IMG/VR virus record: IMGVR_UViG_2526164667_000029
DNA length: 36,097 nt
DNA from: a virus
Taxonomy: Duplodnaviria > Heunggongvirae > Uroviricota > Caudoviricetes
Strand: one strand, 5' to 3'
Shown: in pieces, positions 1 to 8,816 of the stretch
How positions within the stretch are numbered: position 1 is the first letter of the stretch
How the letters are laid out: each line of letters opens with the position of its first letter
The notes under the pieces: model-generated
What the model saw: only the letters and a program-made list of their open reading frames with translations
Told to the model about the DNA's origin: nothing
Database searches by the model: none
Made by a program: the position numbers and the translations under genes

Positions 1-54
1 GGTATCCGTTCTGCTGAAGTGTCATGGCGTTGATTTTACGGTGACTCTTCGACA

Positions 55-84
55 GTGAAAAGAAAAAAGGCCGCAGAGCGGCCA
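55..84 (-). terminator. Candidate intrinsic terminator downstream of the int/ORF138 transcription unit
   Basis: GC-rich inverted repeat ggccgc-aga-gcggcc at about 69-83; the plus-strand A-run at about 63-68 gives a T-run after the stem on the minus strand. Confidence 0.4.
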
Positions 85-189
85 TAAACACAAACAAAAA
101 TCAATAAGTTAGATAATTATCAAAGACTTACAGACACACAAAAACACAGCCAACCACAACAAATAACAGGGATGTGGTCACTTTGTGGA

Positions 190-606
190 TCATTCGCTCC
201 CCTCTTTTTCCTTATTTCGTTGAACGCCAATTGCGACACACGTACTAAGCAAATCTTTACATTTCTCTACGTCTTCAGACTTACGCAATTTGATGCTTTT
301 TACAGACTGCGGGCTACTGTCCGTAGCACGATACATCGTTATTTCAATATCATTTCGGTCTAAGAGTCCCATAATGGCTTTTGCAACCTCCACACCCTTC
401 TTCGCGAAATCAAAGAACAGAGCAAGTTTATATGGATTTTCGACGGAAAAAACTTCAATTTTGCTAAAACCAACATCGTGTAGAGAAAAATATTGCTCAA
501 CCTCATCTCGAAGTTCTGGATCGCATACAATGTCTATTCTCCAGTACTGACCTAAATGCAAATCGCTATTAACTGTTTTTTCCACAACATCCTCCTTACC
601 CAGCAA
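190..606 (-). CDS. Hypothetical protein (138 aa), AT-rich moron immediately downstream of integrase
   Basis: Six-frame ORF; its start overlaps the integrase stop by about 10 nt; visibly AT-richer than the phage backbone; no motif I recognise. Confidence 0.5.
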   Translation of the reverse strand: MLGKEDVVEKTVNSDLHLGQYWRIDIVCDPELRDEVEQYFSLHDVGFSKIEVFSVENPYKLALFFDFAKKGVEVAKAIMGLLDRNDIEITMYRATDSSPQSVKSIKLRKSEDVEKCKDLLSTCVAIGVQRNKEKEGSE

Positions 607-1570
607 TAGGATTAAATCTCACCGCATCCTGCAAGTAATCCGGCGCAAGATGGGCATAAATCATCGTTGTCTGAATCTTTGCGTGCCCCAGAATTTTCTG
701 GAGCGTCAGAATATTGCCGCCGTTCATCATGAAATGACTGGCGAAGGTGTGGCGCAGCGCATGAACAGCCTGGCCGTCAGGAACATCAGGTGCGACCGTT
801 TTGATGACATCGCGAACCAATGGATAATCCAGCGTCGGAAACACCAGTTTCCCGCCCCGTTTTTTGATCTTTTCAAACAGGCTTTCAGAAATAGGAACGG
901 TACGGTTTTTGCTGTTCTTCGTTTTTGAAAAAGTGATTCGACAATGAAGAACACGGCGCTGCTCCAGTGCCGCTACCTCGCCCCATCGCGCCCCGGTCGA
1001 CAGAAGGATTTCGACAGCCAGCCGTTCATCGGGATTTTCAGCCAGTGCATCCAGCAACTGAACACATTCAGACTTACTCAGATATCCCATTTCGCGCTCG
1101 TTAACCTTCATTCCTTTAAGGCCTTGAACGGGGTTATCGTTAAGAAAATGGCCGGATGAGATGAGTGCGGTAAACATCGCGCTTAACGCCCCAATCTCTC
1201 GATTAATGGTGCTGGGCTGTATCCCCTGCTCTATCCTGGACACACGTAGCTCGGTGAGCATCGTTGTATTAAGTTTATGCACACACGGGTCATCCATTGC
1301 CTCACTCAAGCGCAGCAATTTAAGGCGCGTGTTATGCCCTGACTTCATTAGCTGGCCGTGGTATTTCCACCACAAGTCAATAAGCACCGACAGCGGACGG
1401 CGATCAATGGAGTTTCCTTTCCACTCATTGTTATGCTGTTGCGCCAGCACCCACCGCTCATATAAAACTGCATCCGATTTCGTTTTAAATTTTTTGCGAA
1501 TGCGTTTGCCTTTACGCCCCTCAGGGCGCATGTCAAGAAGATACCCTCCCGGAATTGATTTTATGCTCAT
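596..1570 (-). CDS. int: Tyrosine site-specific integrase (P2 Int-like)
   Basis: C-terminal catalytic region HALRHTFASHF...GHAKIQTTMIYAHL typical of tyrosine recombinases; the ORF is open to 1720 but the likely start is the internal ATG (MSIKSIPGGY) at 1570. Confidence 0.9.
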   Translation of the reverse strand: MSIKSIPGGYLLDMRPEGRKGKRIRKKFKTKSDAVLYERWVLAQQHNNEWKGNSIDRRPLSVLIDLWWKYHGQLMKSGHNTRLKLLRLSEAMDDPCVHKLNTTMLTELRVSRIEQGIQPSTINREIGALSAMFTALISSGHFLNDNPVQGLKGMKVNEREMGYLSKSECVQLLDALAENPDERLAVEILLSTGARWGEVAALEQRRVLHCRITFSKTKNSKNRTVPISESLFEKIKKRGGKLVFPTLDYPLVRDVIKTVAPDVPDGQAVHALRHTFASHFMMNGGNILTLQKILGHAKIQTTMIYAHLAPDYLQDAVRFNPIAG

Positions 1571-1619
1571 TCGTGAAACCCCAGCGTTACAAGACCACCA
1601 TGCCCCCAGCGTTCCATGA

Positions 1620-1931
1620 TTAGCCGGGCTGTGTACCAGTCTTGCGGGATTTTTGAGAAGACGATGTGTTTTCTGGCCCATCAGGGGAGAGAGAGGGACT
1701 GATCTGCCCAGCAGCCTCATTTGTTTTTCCCGTCATAAGCCATATAGTGTATTTTTCGAAATCCTTAGAATTAATTACGCGATCAACAACGCTTAAACCA
1801 ACCTCTCTTTTACCGCTCTCATAATTCTTTACAGTTCCGAGATTTATCCCAGTAACATCTGCAAACTCAGCTTGAGTTAACCCTTCACTTTTCCGTATCT
1901 CTTTCAGTTTTTTTTCGTACCCACTTGACAT
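1620..1931 (-). CDS. C: Immunity repressor, P2 C-like HTH protein
   Basis: 103 aa; HTH segment LTQAEFADVTGINLGTVKNYESGKR and the YTIWLMTGKT motif resemble P2 C (remembered YTLWFMTNQ); divergent to the early operon. Confidence 0.75.
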   Translation of the reverse strand: MSSGYEKKLKEIRKSEGLTQAEFADVTGINLGTVKNYESGKREVGLSVVDRVINSKDFEKYTIWLMTGKTNEAAGQISPSLSPDGPENTSSSQKSRKTGTQPG

Positions 1932-1941
1932 GGTGGTCTCC

Positions 1942-1986
1942 AGACGACTAAATTAACCCTAAAAGTCGCCTAGAGACGACTTTTAG
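1942..1986. promoter_or_regulatory. Candidate operator/promoter elements of the immunity switch
   Basis: Direct repeats AGACGACT at about 1942-1949 and 1974-1981; 10-bp inverted repeat CTAAAAGTCG / CGACTTTTAG at about 1959-1986; sits in the divergent C / early-operon intergenic region. Confidence 0.35.
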
Positions 1987-2022
1987 CAACAAATAACCAC
2001 AGACTGAACAGGTTATCACATC

Positions 2023-2301
2023 ATGACAAAGCTCTTGAACACATACGAGCAAGCGGATTTTGAGCGTTTGGCGGCGTTCTACCCATACCGCGATGAGCAT
2101 GGATTACCGGTACTCGAAGAAAGCCTGAAAGATTACGCGAAGCGTACCAATCAAACTGTTAATGCAGTGAAAAGGCAGGCTGACAGAGCAGCCCTTCCCA
2201 TCAACCAAGAAGAAAAAAACTCAAAACGTACAGTAAATCTCTTCGCAATTTTCCTGAAAACCATCAGAAACGCAGAGAAATATGTGCAGATGACAAAATA
2301 A
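2023..2301 (+). CDS. Early protein at the cox/apl position (putative excisionase/early regulator)
   Basis: 92 aa, first gene of the rightward early operon; assigned by position only, no clear similarity to P2 Cox that I can recognise. Confidence 0.4.
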   Translation: MTKLLNTYEQADFERLAAFYPYRDEHGLPVLEESLKDYAKRTNQTVNAVKRQADRAALPINQEEKNSKRTVNLFAIFLKTIRNAEKYVQMTK

Positions 2302-2315
2302 CGAGGTGTCATTTT

Positions 2316-2654
2316 ATGCTGAAGCAACGCCGTAATTTTCGCACCGAAACGGAACGCCAAGCTAACCGTTTCGCTACCAGCGCATCACGCAGCAACATCC
2401 GCTACAGCCTGAGCGAGACGCACGCAACGCCAGATGGCCATACAGTAAAACAAATTGGCGAACACACCTGGCTGATTGAAAAAGCTGGAATCGTGGTTCA
2501 CAGATGCCAACGCAACCCATTTACCGGAAACCGCATTTTTGCTCTGAGCAACGGCGACACTCAGTTTGGACAGGATTTCACATTGTACGAAGCACTTCGC
2601 ACGGTTGATCGTCTGCTTCGCGGGCAAAGTTTTATTAAACAGACTGATTTATAA
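2316..2654 (+). CDS. Hypothetical early protein (112 aa)
   Basis: Six-frame ORF in the early operon, co-directional and tightly packed. Confidence 0.5.
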   Translation: MLKQRRNFRTETERQANRFATSASRSNIRYSLSETHATPDGHTVKQIGEHTWLIEKAGIVVHRCQRNPFTGNRIFALSNGDTQFGQDFTLYEALRTVDRLLRGQSFIKQTDL

Positions 2655-2664
2655 CAGGTGCGTT

Positions 2665-2943
2665 ATGACCAAAGAGCATGCACAAGGTGTATTTATCCGT
2701 TTTATTGATTTTCGCGGTGAACTGTTATTGCGCGCATCAGCTATTGATGGAGTTGTCCCATCAGAAAAAAATGCAGCTACTTACGTTTATCTGAACGGCA
2801 CGCGCCTGACCGTAGAACTTCCGTACCAGACTGTACACGGAATCATTAGCGAAGCTGAAAAAGCACGTAAGATTAATGGCGATGAACCCTATATCGAAAT
2901 TATTTGTATGGATTCAGAAGCTGAAATTCAGAAAGCAGATTAA
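2665..2943 (+). CDS. Hypothetical early protein (92 aa)
   Basis: ORF track 2566-2943; likely start is the ATG at 2665 (MTKEHAQ) preceded by aggtg; this avoids overlap with the upstream ORF. Confidence 0.5.
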   Translation: MTKEHAQGVFIRFIDFRGELLLRASAIDGVVPSEKNAATYVYLNGTRLTVELPYQTVHGIISEAEKARKINGDEPYIEIICMDSEAEIQKAD

Positions 2944-2954
2944 AGGGCGTTGCG

Positions 2955-3197
2955 ATGGGCAAAGAATATAAAACTCTCATTAACAAAGCACTTGAGCGTT
3001 TTTATTTTCGCTTAAGTGCATCAGGTGCTCATGCTGAACGTGCAGCCCGTGACTCATTGACCAGGGCAATCCGGAGTCTGTATGACGTGGCTTTTTACGC
3101 TGATGATCTGGATGCACTTAACGAACTTTCCGAGCTGATCTGTGCCGCAGAATGCGGGGAGCATATTGAACCGTATAAGCTGGGGAATATTGCATGA
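2955..3197 (+). CDS. Hypothetical early protein (80 aa)
   Basis: Six-frame ORF in the early operon. Confidence 0.45.
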   Translation: MGKEYKTLINKALERFYFRLSASGAHAERAARDSLTRAIRSLYDVAFYADDLDALNELSELICAAECGEHIEPYKLGNIA

Positions 3198-3307
3198 GTA
3201 TATTTATCTCATGGCTTGTCCTGATTATTTCGGTGGTCTGCGCCATTGGGATTATGCAAATTATTCATTCAGTAAAAAAGATTGAACGCATTTTCACTGG
3301 CGAATAA
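3194..3307 (+). CDS. Small hydrophobic peptide (37 aa), putative membrane peptide
   Basis: ATGA overlap with the stop of the upstream ORF; translation MSIFISWLVLIISVVCAIGIMQIIHSVKKIERIFTGE has one hydrophobic helix and a basic tail; below the size cut-off of the ORF track. Confidence 0.3.
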   Translation: MSIFISWLVLIISVVCAIGIMQIIHSVKKIERIFTGE

Positions 3308-3394
3308 CAGCGCAAATAAAAACCCTAGGTTAAATAAGAAAATGTAAAAACAATCCGCATTCGCGGAGGTATTCGCACACGCCCAGGAGGCGTA

Positions 3395-3598
3395 ATGGCA
3401 ATTAAGCATTTTCCTGTCGTTCGTTTCACTTCCAGAGGACGTGAATACGAAGTCGACGAACGCCTGATTACCACAATCGACAAACACCGCTCAGAAAAGG
3501 ATGCACACCACATCTATCTCACTGACGGTACTTACTTCTGCGCCACTAATGTGGCGCGGGTGAATCTTATCCGACAGGTACAGGATCCTCGCAAATGA
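3395..3598 (+). CDS. Hypothetical early protein (67 aa)
   Basis: Six-frame ORF preceded by ggagg; overlaps the next ORF by 4 nt. Confidence 0.45.
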   Translation: MAIKHFPVVRFTSRGREYEVDERLITTIDKHRSEKDAHHIYLTDGTYFCATNVARVNLIRQVQDPRK

Positions 3599-3813
3599 GC
3601 AGGAGAAGAATCACTCGCAGACATCACCGCACACACCTGAATTCCTCAGCAACGCTAAAGGCACTTATTCAAAGCGAGATCGGTGATTTCTTCGCGGGAG
3701 TTGGCTCACTAGGTGAACCAGAAACACCAGAAGCGATGCAGCGTGAGCTCATGATACGCATAGATAACACTTTTGATTTCTTCTACAGCATGCACGGAAT
3801 TAAACAGAAATGA
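3595..3813 (+). CDS. Hypothetical early protein (72 aa)
   Basis: Six-frame ORF, translationally coupled to the upstream ORF. Confidence 0.45.
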   Translation: MSRRRITRRHHRTHLNSSATLKALIQSEIGDFFAGVGSLGEPETPEAMQRELMIRIDNTFDFFYSMHGIKQK

Positions 3814-3921
3814 ACCTCAAGCCAGCAATAACTACTCGTAGAACGCCAATTTCTGTAACCGACCGCTTCTGAGTTTTTTGGCAGGAAGCCTTCGCACATC
3901 CTTAGTAGAGAGAATTGCAGC

Positions 3922-4311
3922 ATGATTGACGCTCATGACTTCACAAGATGGGTGCGCACACAGGACACCCGTCTGGCTCCCATTCTTCGGGGATTATTTG
4001 ATCTCTACATTCGTGGTCGTGACAACAGAGCACGCACCACAAAACCGGAGAATGTGGATACCCTTTATTTCACAGTAGACGACTGCTACCGCGTGGACTT
4101 CACACCACACGGACTGGCGTTGCACTGCCTGACACCGCACGGCGAATCACTGCTGGCGTATTACGACTCCCCGGCCTCCGTATTTGCGGCAATGCTGGCG
4201 CATCGCACTGCTGGCGGGTGTGTCTCGCTGAGTGAATACACCGCTGAATTTAACCGCCTTTCCACCATCTTCTTGCAGGAGTGGCAGCGCGTGACGGGAT
4301 ACCAGCCATGA
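3922..4311 (+). CDS. Hypothetical early protein (129 aa), immediately upstream of A
   Basis: Six-frame ORF ending at the start of the replication gene. Confidence 0.5.
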   Translation: MIDAHDFTRWVRTQDTRLAPILRGLFDLYIRGRDNRARTTKPENVDTLYFTVDDCYRVDFTPHGLALHCLTPHGESLLAYYDSPASVFAAMLAHRTAGGCVSLSEYTAEFNRLSTIFLQEWQRVTGYQP

Positions 4312-7148
4312 GTGAGTTTGCATGGAGCTGGAATGAACCACGACCAGCCATTGATCCGGCCAGATTTACGGAGCACAGGCAGGAAACTGAAACCGACCTG
4401 CAACGCGCCATCCGTTACTACCTTGAGGCAGACAAAAAGGCCCTGGAAGAACAGGAAGCGAAGGAGGAAGCCTTTTTCGCACAATCCACCGTGGGTAAAA
4501 AACTCATGGCATCCCTTGAGGAAGCCGGACAGCGTGAAAAGCTGGCACAAAGCATCATCAGCAAGCGTCAGGCAACAGAACAAGACCCGGTGGCCCGTGC
4601 TTTTGCCACACTGAAAGTGCTTCCCGTTTATCTGCGTGAACCTCTGAGCCGCCACCTCTCTTTCCTGCGCAAAAAACAGGAATCCGATCGTCAGAAAGGC
4701 AAAAAGAGCTGGCAGGCTGAACGCTACGCGCGCGGAAACCTGCGCAAAATATTCGAACGCCTGGAACGCACCGATCACCGCTGGCTGACACCGGGTTATC
4801 GCTCCCTTACCGGACGCGAACGCCTGGACGATTTGCTTTACCTGCCGCAGCTCAACAAACACCAGATACAGACGCTGGCCACCATGACGGCGGCGATGTT
4901 CAGCAGCACCTTCGAAAAACTCTGCGATAGCTTTGGCGCGACTGATGGCGAGCTGACCATGGATGTAACGCTGAAGGCGTATCAGATGCTGGCCCGCATG
5001 GCGTTACACCTGCACGCCATGCCTCCACATTATGACGCACTGACAACAGACAAAGACCGGAGGAACGAACCGGACACGGAGCTGCTGCCGGGCGCAATCC
5101 TTCGCCTGACCTGTGCGGAATGGTGGAAACGCAAACTGTGGCTGTTACGTTGCGAGTGGCGGGAAGAACAACTCCGCGCCGCCTGTCTGGTTTCCAGAAA
5201 AACATCGCCCTATCTGAGTCAGGACGCATTAAGCGAGTTTCGCGCGCAGCGCGAGAAAACACGCGATTTCCTGAAAAGTTTCATGCTGGAAAACGAAGAC
5301 GGGTTCACGATTGATCTCGAGACAGTGTATTACGCGGGAGTAAGTAACCCGGTTCACCGTAAGGCAGAAATGATGGCCACCATGAAGGGGCTGGAACTTC
5401 TGGCCGAAGCCCGTGGCGACAGAGCGGTGTTTCTGACTGTCACCTGCCCGTCAAAATACCACGCCACAACAGAGAACGGTCATCCGAATCCCAAATGGAA
5501 CGGGGCCACCATGCGCGACTCCAGCGATTACCTGGTTAACACGTTTTTTGCGGCAGTCCGCAAAAAACTGAACCGCGACGGTCTGCGCTGGTATGGCATC
5601 CGCACGGTGGAGCCTCACCATGACGGCACCGTGCACTGGCATATGATGGTCTTTGCTCATCCGGAAGAAATCGACAGCATCGTGGCCATCACCCGCGATA
5701 TTGCCATTCAGGAAGACCGCCACGAGCTGGGCAATGATATTACTCCGCGCTTTAAGGTGGAGTATGTCGACGGCTCAAAAGGCACACCAACCAGCTATAT
5801 CGCGACCTACATCGGAAAAAACCTGGACAGCCGCGCCGTGGATGGCATCGACCCGAAAACGGGCAAGCCACGCGTTGACCACGAAACCGGAAAATCAATG
5901 GCCGAGAGCGTGGAACGCGCCATCGGCTGGGCGCGCCTTCACCGGGTTCGCCAGTTCCAGTTCTTTGGTATCCCCTCCCGTCAGGTGTGGCGTGAACTGC
6001 GCCGCCTTGCCAGCCAGATGGCACGCAACCCGGAAGGCCCGCAACGGCTGAAGGATGACGCAATGGATGCGGTACTCGCTGCCGCTGATGCCGGATGTTT
6101 TGCCACCTACATTGAAAAACAGGGTGGCGTGCTTGTTCCACGCAAGGACTACCTGATTCGCACCGCCTACGACCTCGCAGATGAGCTGAACGATTACGGC
6201 GAACAGAGCGTACAGATTTACGGGATCTGGTCACCACTCATCGGGGAATCCTCCCGTGTGTGCACGCATCCGGATAACTGGAAGCTGGTAAGACGTAAAC
6301 CAGAACCGGAAGACAACGCCCACGAAAATGGTTTTGACCTTCAGGGCGGCCCTGCCGCCTCTTGGACTCGTGGCAATAACTGTCCCCGTGTACAGGAAAC
6401 GGACAACAACGGGACAAAACAGCCGGAAGAACGGCCAGCACCGTGGCCGCAGCTCCCTGACGGCGTTGATGTGGATGAATGGATGCGCTCACTGAAACGG
6501 CACGAACGCCGGGCGCTGATGCGTTCGCTTCGTGACAAACAGGCAAAAAACAGCAGTGATGAAATGCAGAGCTGGACACAGAGCCGCAAACAGCAGCGGC
6601 CTTTGCCTGATAACCACGAATTACTCGCTAAAGAATGGCGGGAGTCTGCTGAATCTCTCGGCCTGCATATCGGTGAACAACAGATGCAGCACCTGTTACG
6701 GGGCGGCAGTCTGTACGTTGACGGCAGCATCATTGCACCGCAGGGATTTGAAATTGTACGCAAACCGGATACCCGCCCGGACAGCCGAATCACGCAGCTC
6801 TGGCAGCGCCTGAGCCGTAATCATGGCGTAAGCAGCACGGAGATCCGCCATAACCCGGTCGCCAGCTATCTGACACAGCTGGGGGCATCAGACCCTGAAG
6901 CCGCCGCACGCCTGGCATCCACACTTCAGCAGGACCAGAACACCATGAAAACACCCGTTACCGTGCTTTCTGACATGCTGCGCGCCATCCGCGACGCAGA
7001 GCACGCACAGAGAATCAGTGAAACCACTGAACGCGCCAGCCGCAAAGCAGACCTGCTGCGGGGTGGCCTGACCAGTGGAAACAAAAAACAGACAGAAACG
7101 GGACTCACGAATCCCGTAAATGAGCAAAAAACGCGCAGCGATATATGA
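4308..7148 (+). CDS. A: Rolling-circle replication initiator (P2 gpA-like HUH endonuclease)
   Basis: HUH-type motif VHWHMMVFAHPE and tyrosine pair in YIATYIGKN as in P2 gpA; ORF track starts at 4281, likely ATG at 4308 (MSEFAWSW); about 190 aa longer at the C-terminus than the P2 gpA length I remember (761 aa). Confidence 0.9.
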   Translation: MSEFAWSWNEPRPAIDPARFTEHRQETETDLQRAIRYYLEADKKALEEQEAKEEAFFAQSTVGKKLMASLEEAGQREKLAQSIISKRQATEQDPVARAFATLKVLPVYLREPLSRHLSFLRKKQESDRQKGKKSWQAERYARGNLRKIFERLERTDHRWLTPGYRSLTGRERLDDLLYLPQLNKHQIQTLATMTAAMFSSTFEKLCDSFGATDGELTMDVTLKAYQMLARMALHLHAMPPHYDALTTDKDRRNEPDTELLPGAILRLTCAEWWKRKLWLLRCEWREEQLRAACLVSRKTSPYLSQDALSEFRAQREKTRDFLKSFMLENEDGFTIDLETVYYAGVSNPVHRKAEMMATMKGLELLAEARGDRAVFLTVTCPSKYHATTENGHPNPKWNGATMRDSSDYLVNTFFAAVRKKLNRDGLRWYGIRTVEPHHDGTVHWHMMVFAHPEEIDSIVAITRDIAIQEDRHELGNDITPRFKVEYVDGSKGTPTSYIATYIGKNLDSRAVDGIDPKTGKPRVDHETGKSMAESVERAIGWARLHRVRQFQFFGIPSRQVWRELRRLASQMARNPEGPQRLKDDAMDAVLAAADAGCFATYIEKQGGVLVPRKDYLIRTAYDLADELNDYGEQSVQIYGIWSPLIGESSRVCTHPDNWKLVRRKPEPEDNAHENGFDLQGGPAASWTRGNNCPRVQETDNNGTKQPEERPAPWPQLPDGVDVDEWMRSLKRHERRALMRSLRDKQAKNSSDEMQSWTQSRKQQRPLPDNHELLAKEWRESAESLGLHIGEQQMQHLLRGGSLYVDGSIIAPQGFEIVRKPDTRPDSRITQLWQRLSRNHGVSSTEIRHNPVASYLTQLGASDPEAAARLASTLQQDQNTMKTPVTVLSDMLRAIRDAEHAQRISETTERASRKADLLRGGLTSGNKKQTETGLTNPVNEQKTRSDI

Positions 7149-7196
7149 AGCGCGCACAAAACAGGCAAAAACGGGATTTCAGAATCCCGTAAACGA
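7081..7196. repeat. Two imperfect ~40-bp direct repeats, each with an ACGGGA-N8-TCCCGT inverted repeat; candidate parC centromere/operator
   Basis: Copies at about 7081-7123 and 7155-7196, roughly 32 of 40 positions identical, directly upstream of parM; the first copy overlaps the 3' end of A. Confidence 0.4.
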
Positions 7197-7224
7197 TTAA
7201 TTAATCAACATAAGGAAAAGCGAC

Positions 7225-8184
7225 ATGAAAATTTGTATCGACGACGGCTCCACCAACATCAAGCTGGCATGGACTGAGAACGGCGAACGCCGCAACGCCA
7301 TCAGCCCGAACAGCTTCAAGTCGGAATGGTCTGCGCCGTTCGGTGGCACGCAGCCCGCGAACTACATGCTTGATGGCGTGCGCTATGGTTTTGATCCGGT
7401 CAGCGATCGCTTTGTCCAGACGACCGACACGCAATACCAATACAGCGATGTGAATGTCATTGCCATTCATCACGCGCTGGTCAAATCAGGCATCACACCA
7501 CAGGAGGTGGATGTGGTTGTCACCCTGCCACTGAGCGAGTATTTCGACACAAACGCACAGCCGGACATAGCCAACATCAACCGCAAAAAAGCGAACGTTA
7601 TGCGCCCGGTGGAGTACCAGAACGGCGAAGCATTCACTATCCGTAACGTGCGGGTTATGCCTGAATCCATTCCGGCTGGCTTTAAGGCACTGGCTGACAT
7701 GAGTCCGTTTGAATCCCTGCTGATTGTGGATTTGGGCGGAACCACGCTGGATGTGGCAAAGGTTCAGGGGCAACTGGCAGGTATCAGCCAGGTGTTTTGC
7801 GATCCACACGTAGGCGTTTCTCTGATGGCCGATGCCGTACTGGCGGTGATGGCCACTAACGGTATGCGCACCAGTCACCACATCGCCAATACCATTATCG
7901 AACATCGCCATGATGAAGCCTGGCTGCGCCAGCACATCCACAATGACGCGCATTACGCCAGCCTGATGGCGGTTATTCGTGAAAAGGAAGAAACACTGAA
8001 ACAACGCGTGATCCGCGCGCTGGCGGTTTTTTCGGGTTACGGGCGGGTGATGGTTGTCGGTGGAGGGGCGGAGATTGTGGCACCCGCTATCCGCGAAGCC
8101 TGCGGAGTTAATGCGACTTTCATCGCGGACGGGGTGCCACAGTTTGCTCTGGTTAATGGGCTGTACGCAATGGACAAGGAGTAA
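7225..8184 (+). CDS. parM: ParM actin-like segregation ATPase (type II partition)
   Basis: N-terminus MKICIDDGSTNIKLAW plus ISPNSFK, YSDVNVIAIHHAL and C-terminal LVNGLYAM closely parallel plasmid R1 ParM (remembered MLVFIDDGSTNIKLQW...). Confidence 0.85.
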   Translation: MKICIDDGSTNIKLAWTENGERRNAISPNSFKSEWSAPFGGTQPANYMLDGVRYGFDPVSDRFVQTTDTQYQYSDVNVIAIHHALVKSGITPQEVDVVVTLPLSEYFDTNAQPDIANINRKKANVMRPVEYQNGEAFTIRNVRVMPESIPAGFKALADMSPFESLLIVDLGGTTLDVAKVQGQLAGISQVFCDPHVGVSLMADAVLAVMATNGMRTSHHIANTIIEHRHDEAWLRQHIHNDAHYASLMAVIREKEETLKQRVIRALAVFSGYGRVMVVGGGAEIVAPAIREACGVNATFIADGVPQFALVNGLYAMDKE

Positions 8185-8188
8185 ACCA

Positions 8189-8500
8189 ATGACGACACCA
8201 ACCAGACGGATAAGTTTCTATCTGAAGCCTGCGGCCGTCAAGAACGAAAGCGAAGCATGCGCCTGGCTGGACAGCCTTACACCAGAAGCCCGCAAAAGCG
8301 GCCAACGCGTGGCTTTTCTGGCCGGGCTGGCACTTCTGAAAATGAATCCAGCAGAGGCTTACCGACTGGCTGCATGGGCTGACGATGAGGCGTTATCAGT
8401 GACACAAACCAGGACAGAATGCCCCGCGTCACAGCCAGTATCAACCGCACAGATAACCAGTCAGATGGCCGGAAATATCCGGGCATTATTTCCCGAATAA
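8189..8500 (+). CDS. parR: ParR centromere-binding adaptor
   Basis: Starts right after the parM stop with aggag upstream; RISFYLKP, AFLAGLALL and C-terminal IRALFPE resemble R1 ParR; the ORF track entry 8054-8500 extends upstream in a frame overlapping parM, so the internal ATG at 8189 is preferred. Confidence 0.6.
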   Translation: MTTPTRRISFYLKPAAVKNESEACAWLDSLTPEARKSGQRVAFLAGLALLKMNPAEAYRLAAWADDEALSVTQTRTECPASQPVSTAQITSQMAGNIRALFPE

Positions 8501-8573
8501 CACAACATCAGGGCGCATCCGCCCTGATGACTTTAATCCGGGAACATAAACAAGGGGGACAAAATGCAACACA

Positions 8574-8816
8574 TTGACAGAGAAAAAGGAAAAAAGCATG
8601 AACAGAAAACAGAAACAAGAGTTGAAATACTTCTTACGTAAAGAAATTGCCAGGCTTGAAGATGCAGAGTCACAATCATCAGAAATTCCGTTCGGAATGG
8701 ATATCAACGACGCCCGTATGCTTCAGGCATACCGTATAGCTCAGGCTGCACTACAGACAAAACCGTTAAATAACATACATGAAAAGTATGATTATTTTAC
8801 GGATACCGCTTGCTGA
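8574..8816 (+). CDS. Hypothetical small protein (about 72-80 aa) in the tin/old-position hotspot
   Basis: Six-frame ORF, AT-rich; alternative start MNRKQKQE at about 8598. Confidence 0.35.
   Translation: MTEKKEKSMNRKQKQELKYFLRKEIARLEDAESQSSEIPFGMDINDARMLQAYRIAQAALQTKPLNNIHEKYDYFTDTAC

Noticed and set aside
1-190. Search for an att core shared between the left end and the ogr-hok region
   Set aside because: Only 7-mers in common, which is not significant; attL may lie left of the window.
4161-4862. 233-aa minus-strand ORF, plus other antisense ORFs inside gene A (for example 5752-6237 and 6341-6793)
   Set aside because: They lie entirely within and antisense to the well-supported A gene, have odd Cys/Arg-rich composition and no recognisable motifs; treated as shadow ORFs.
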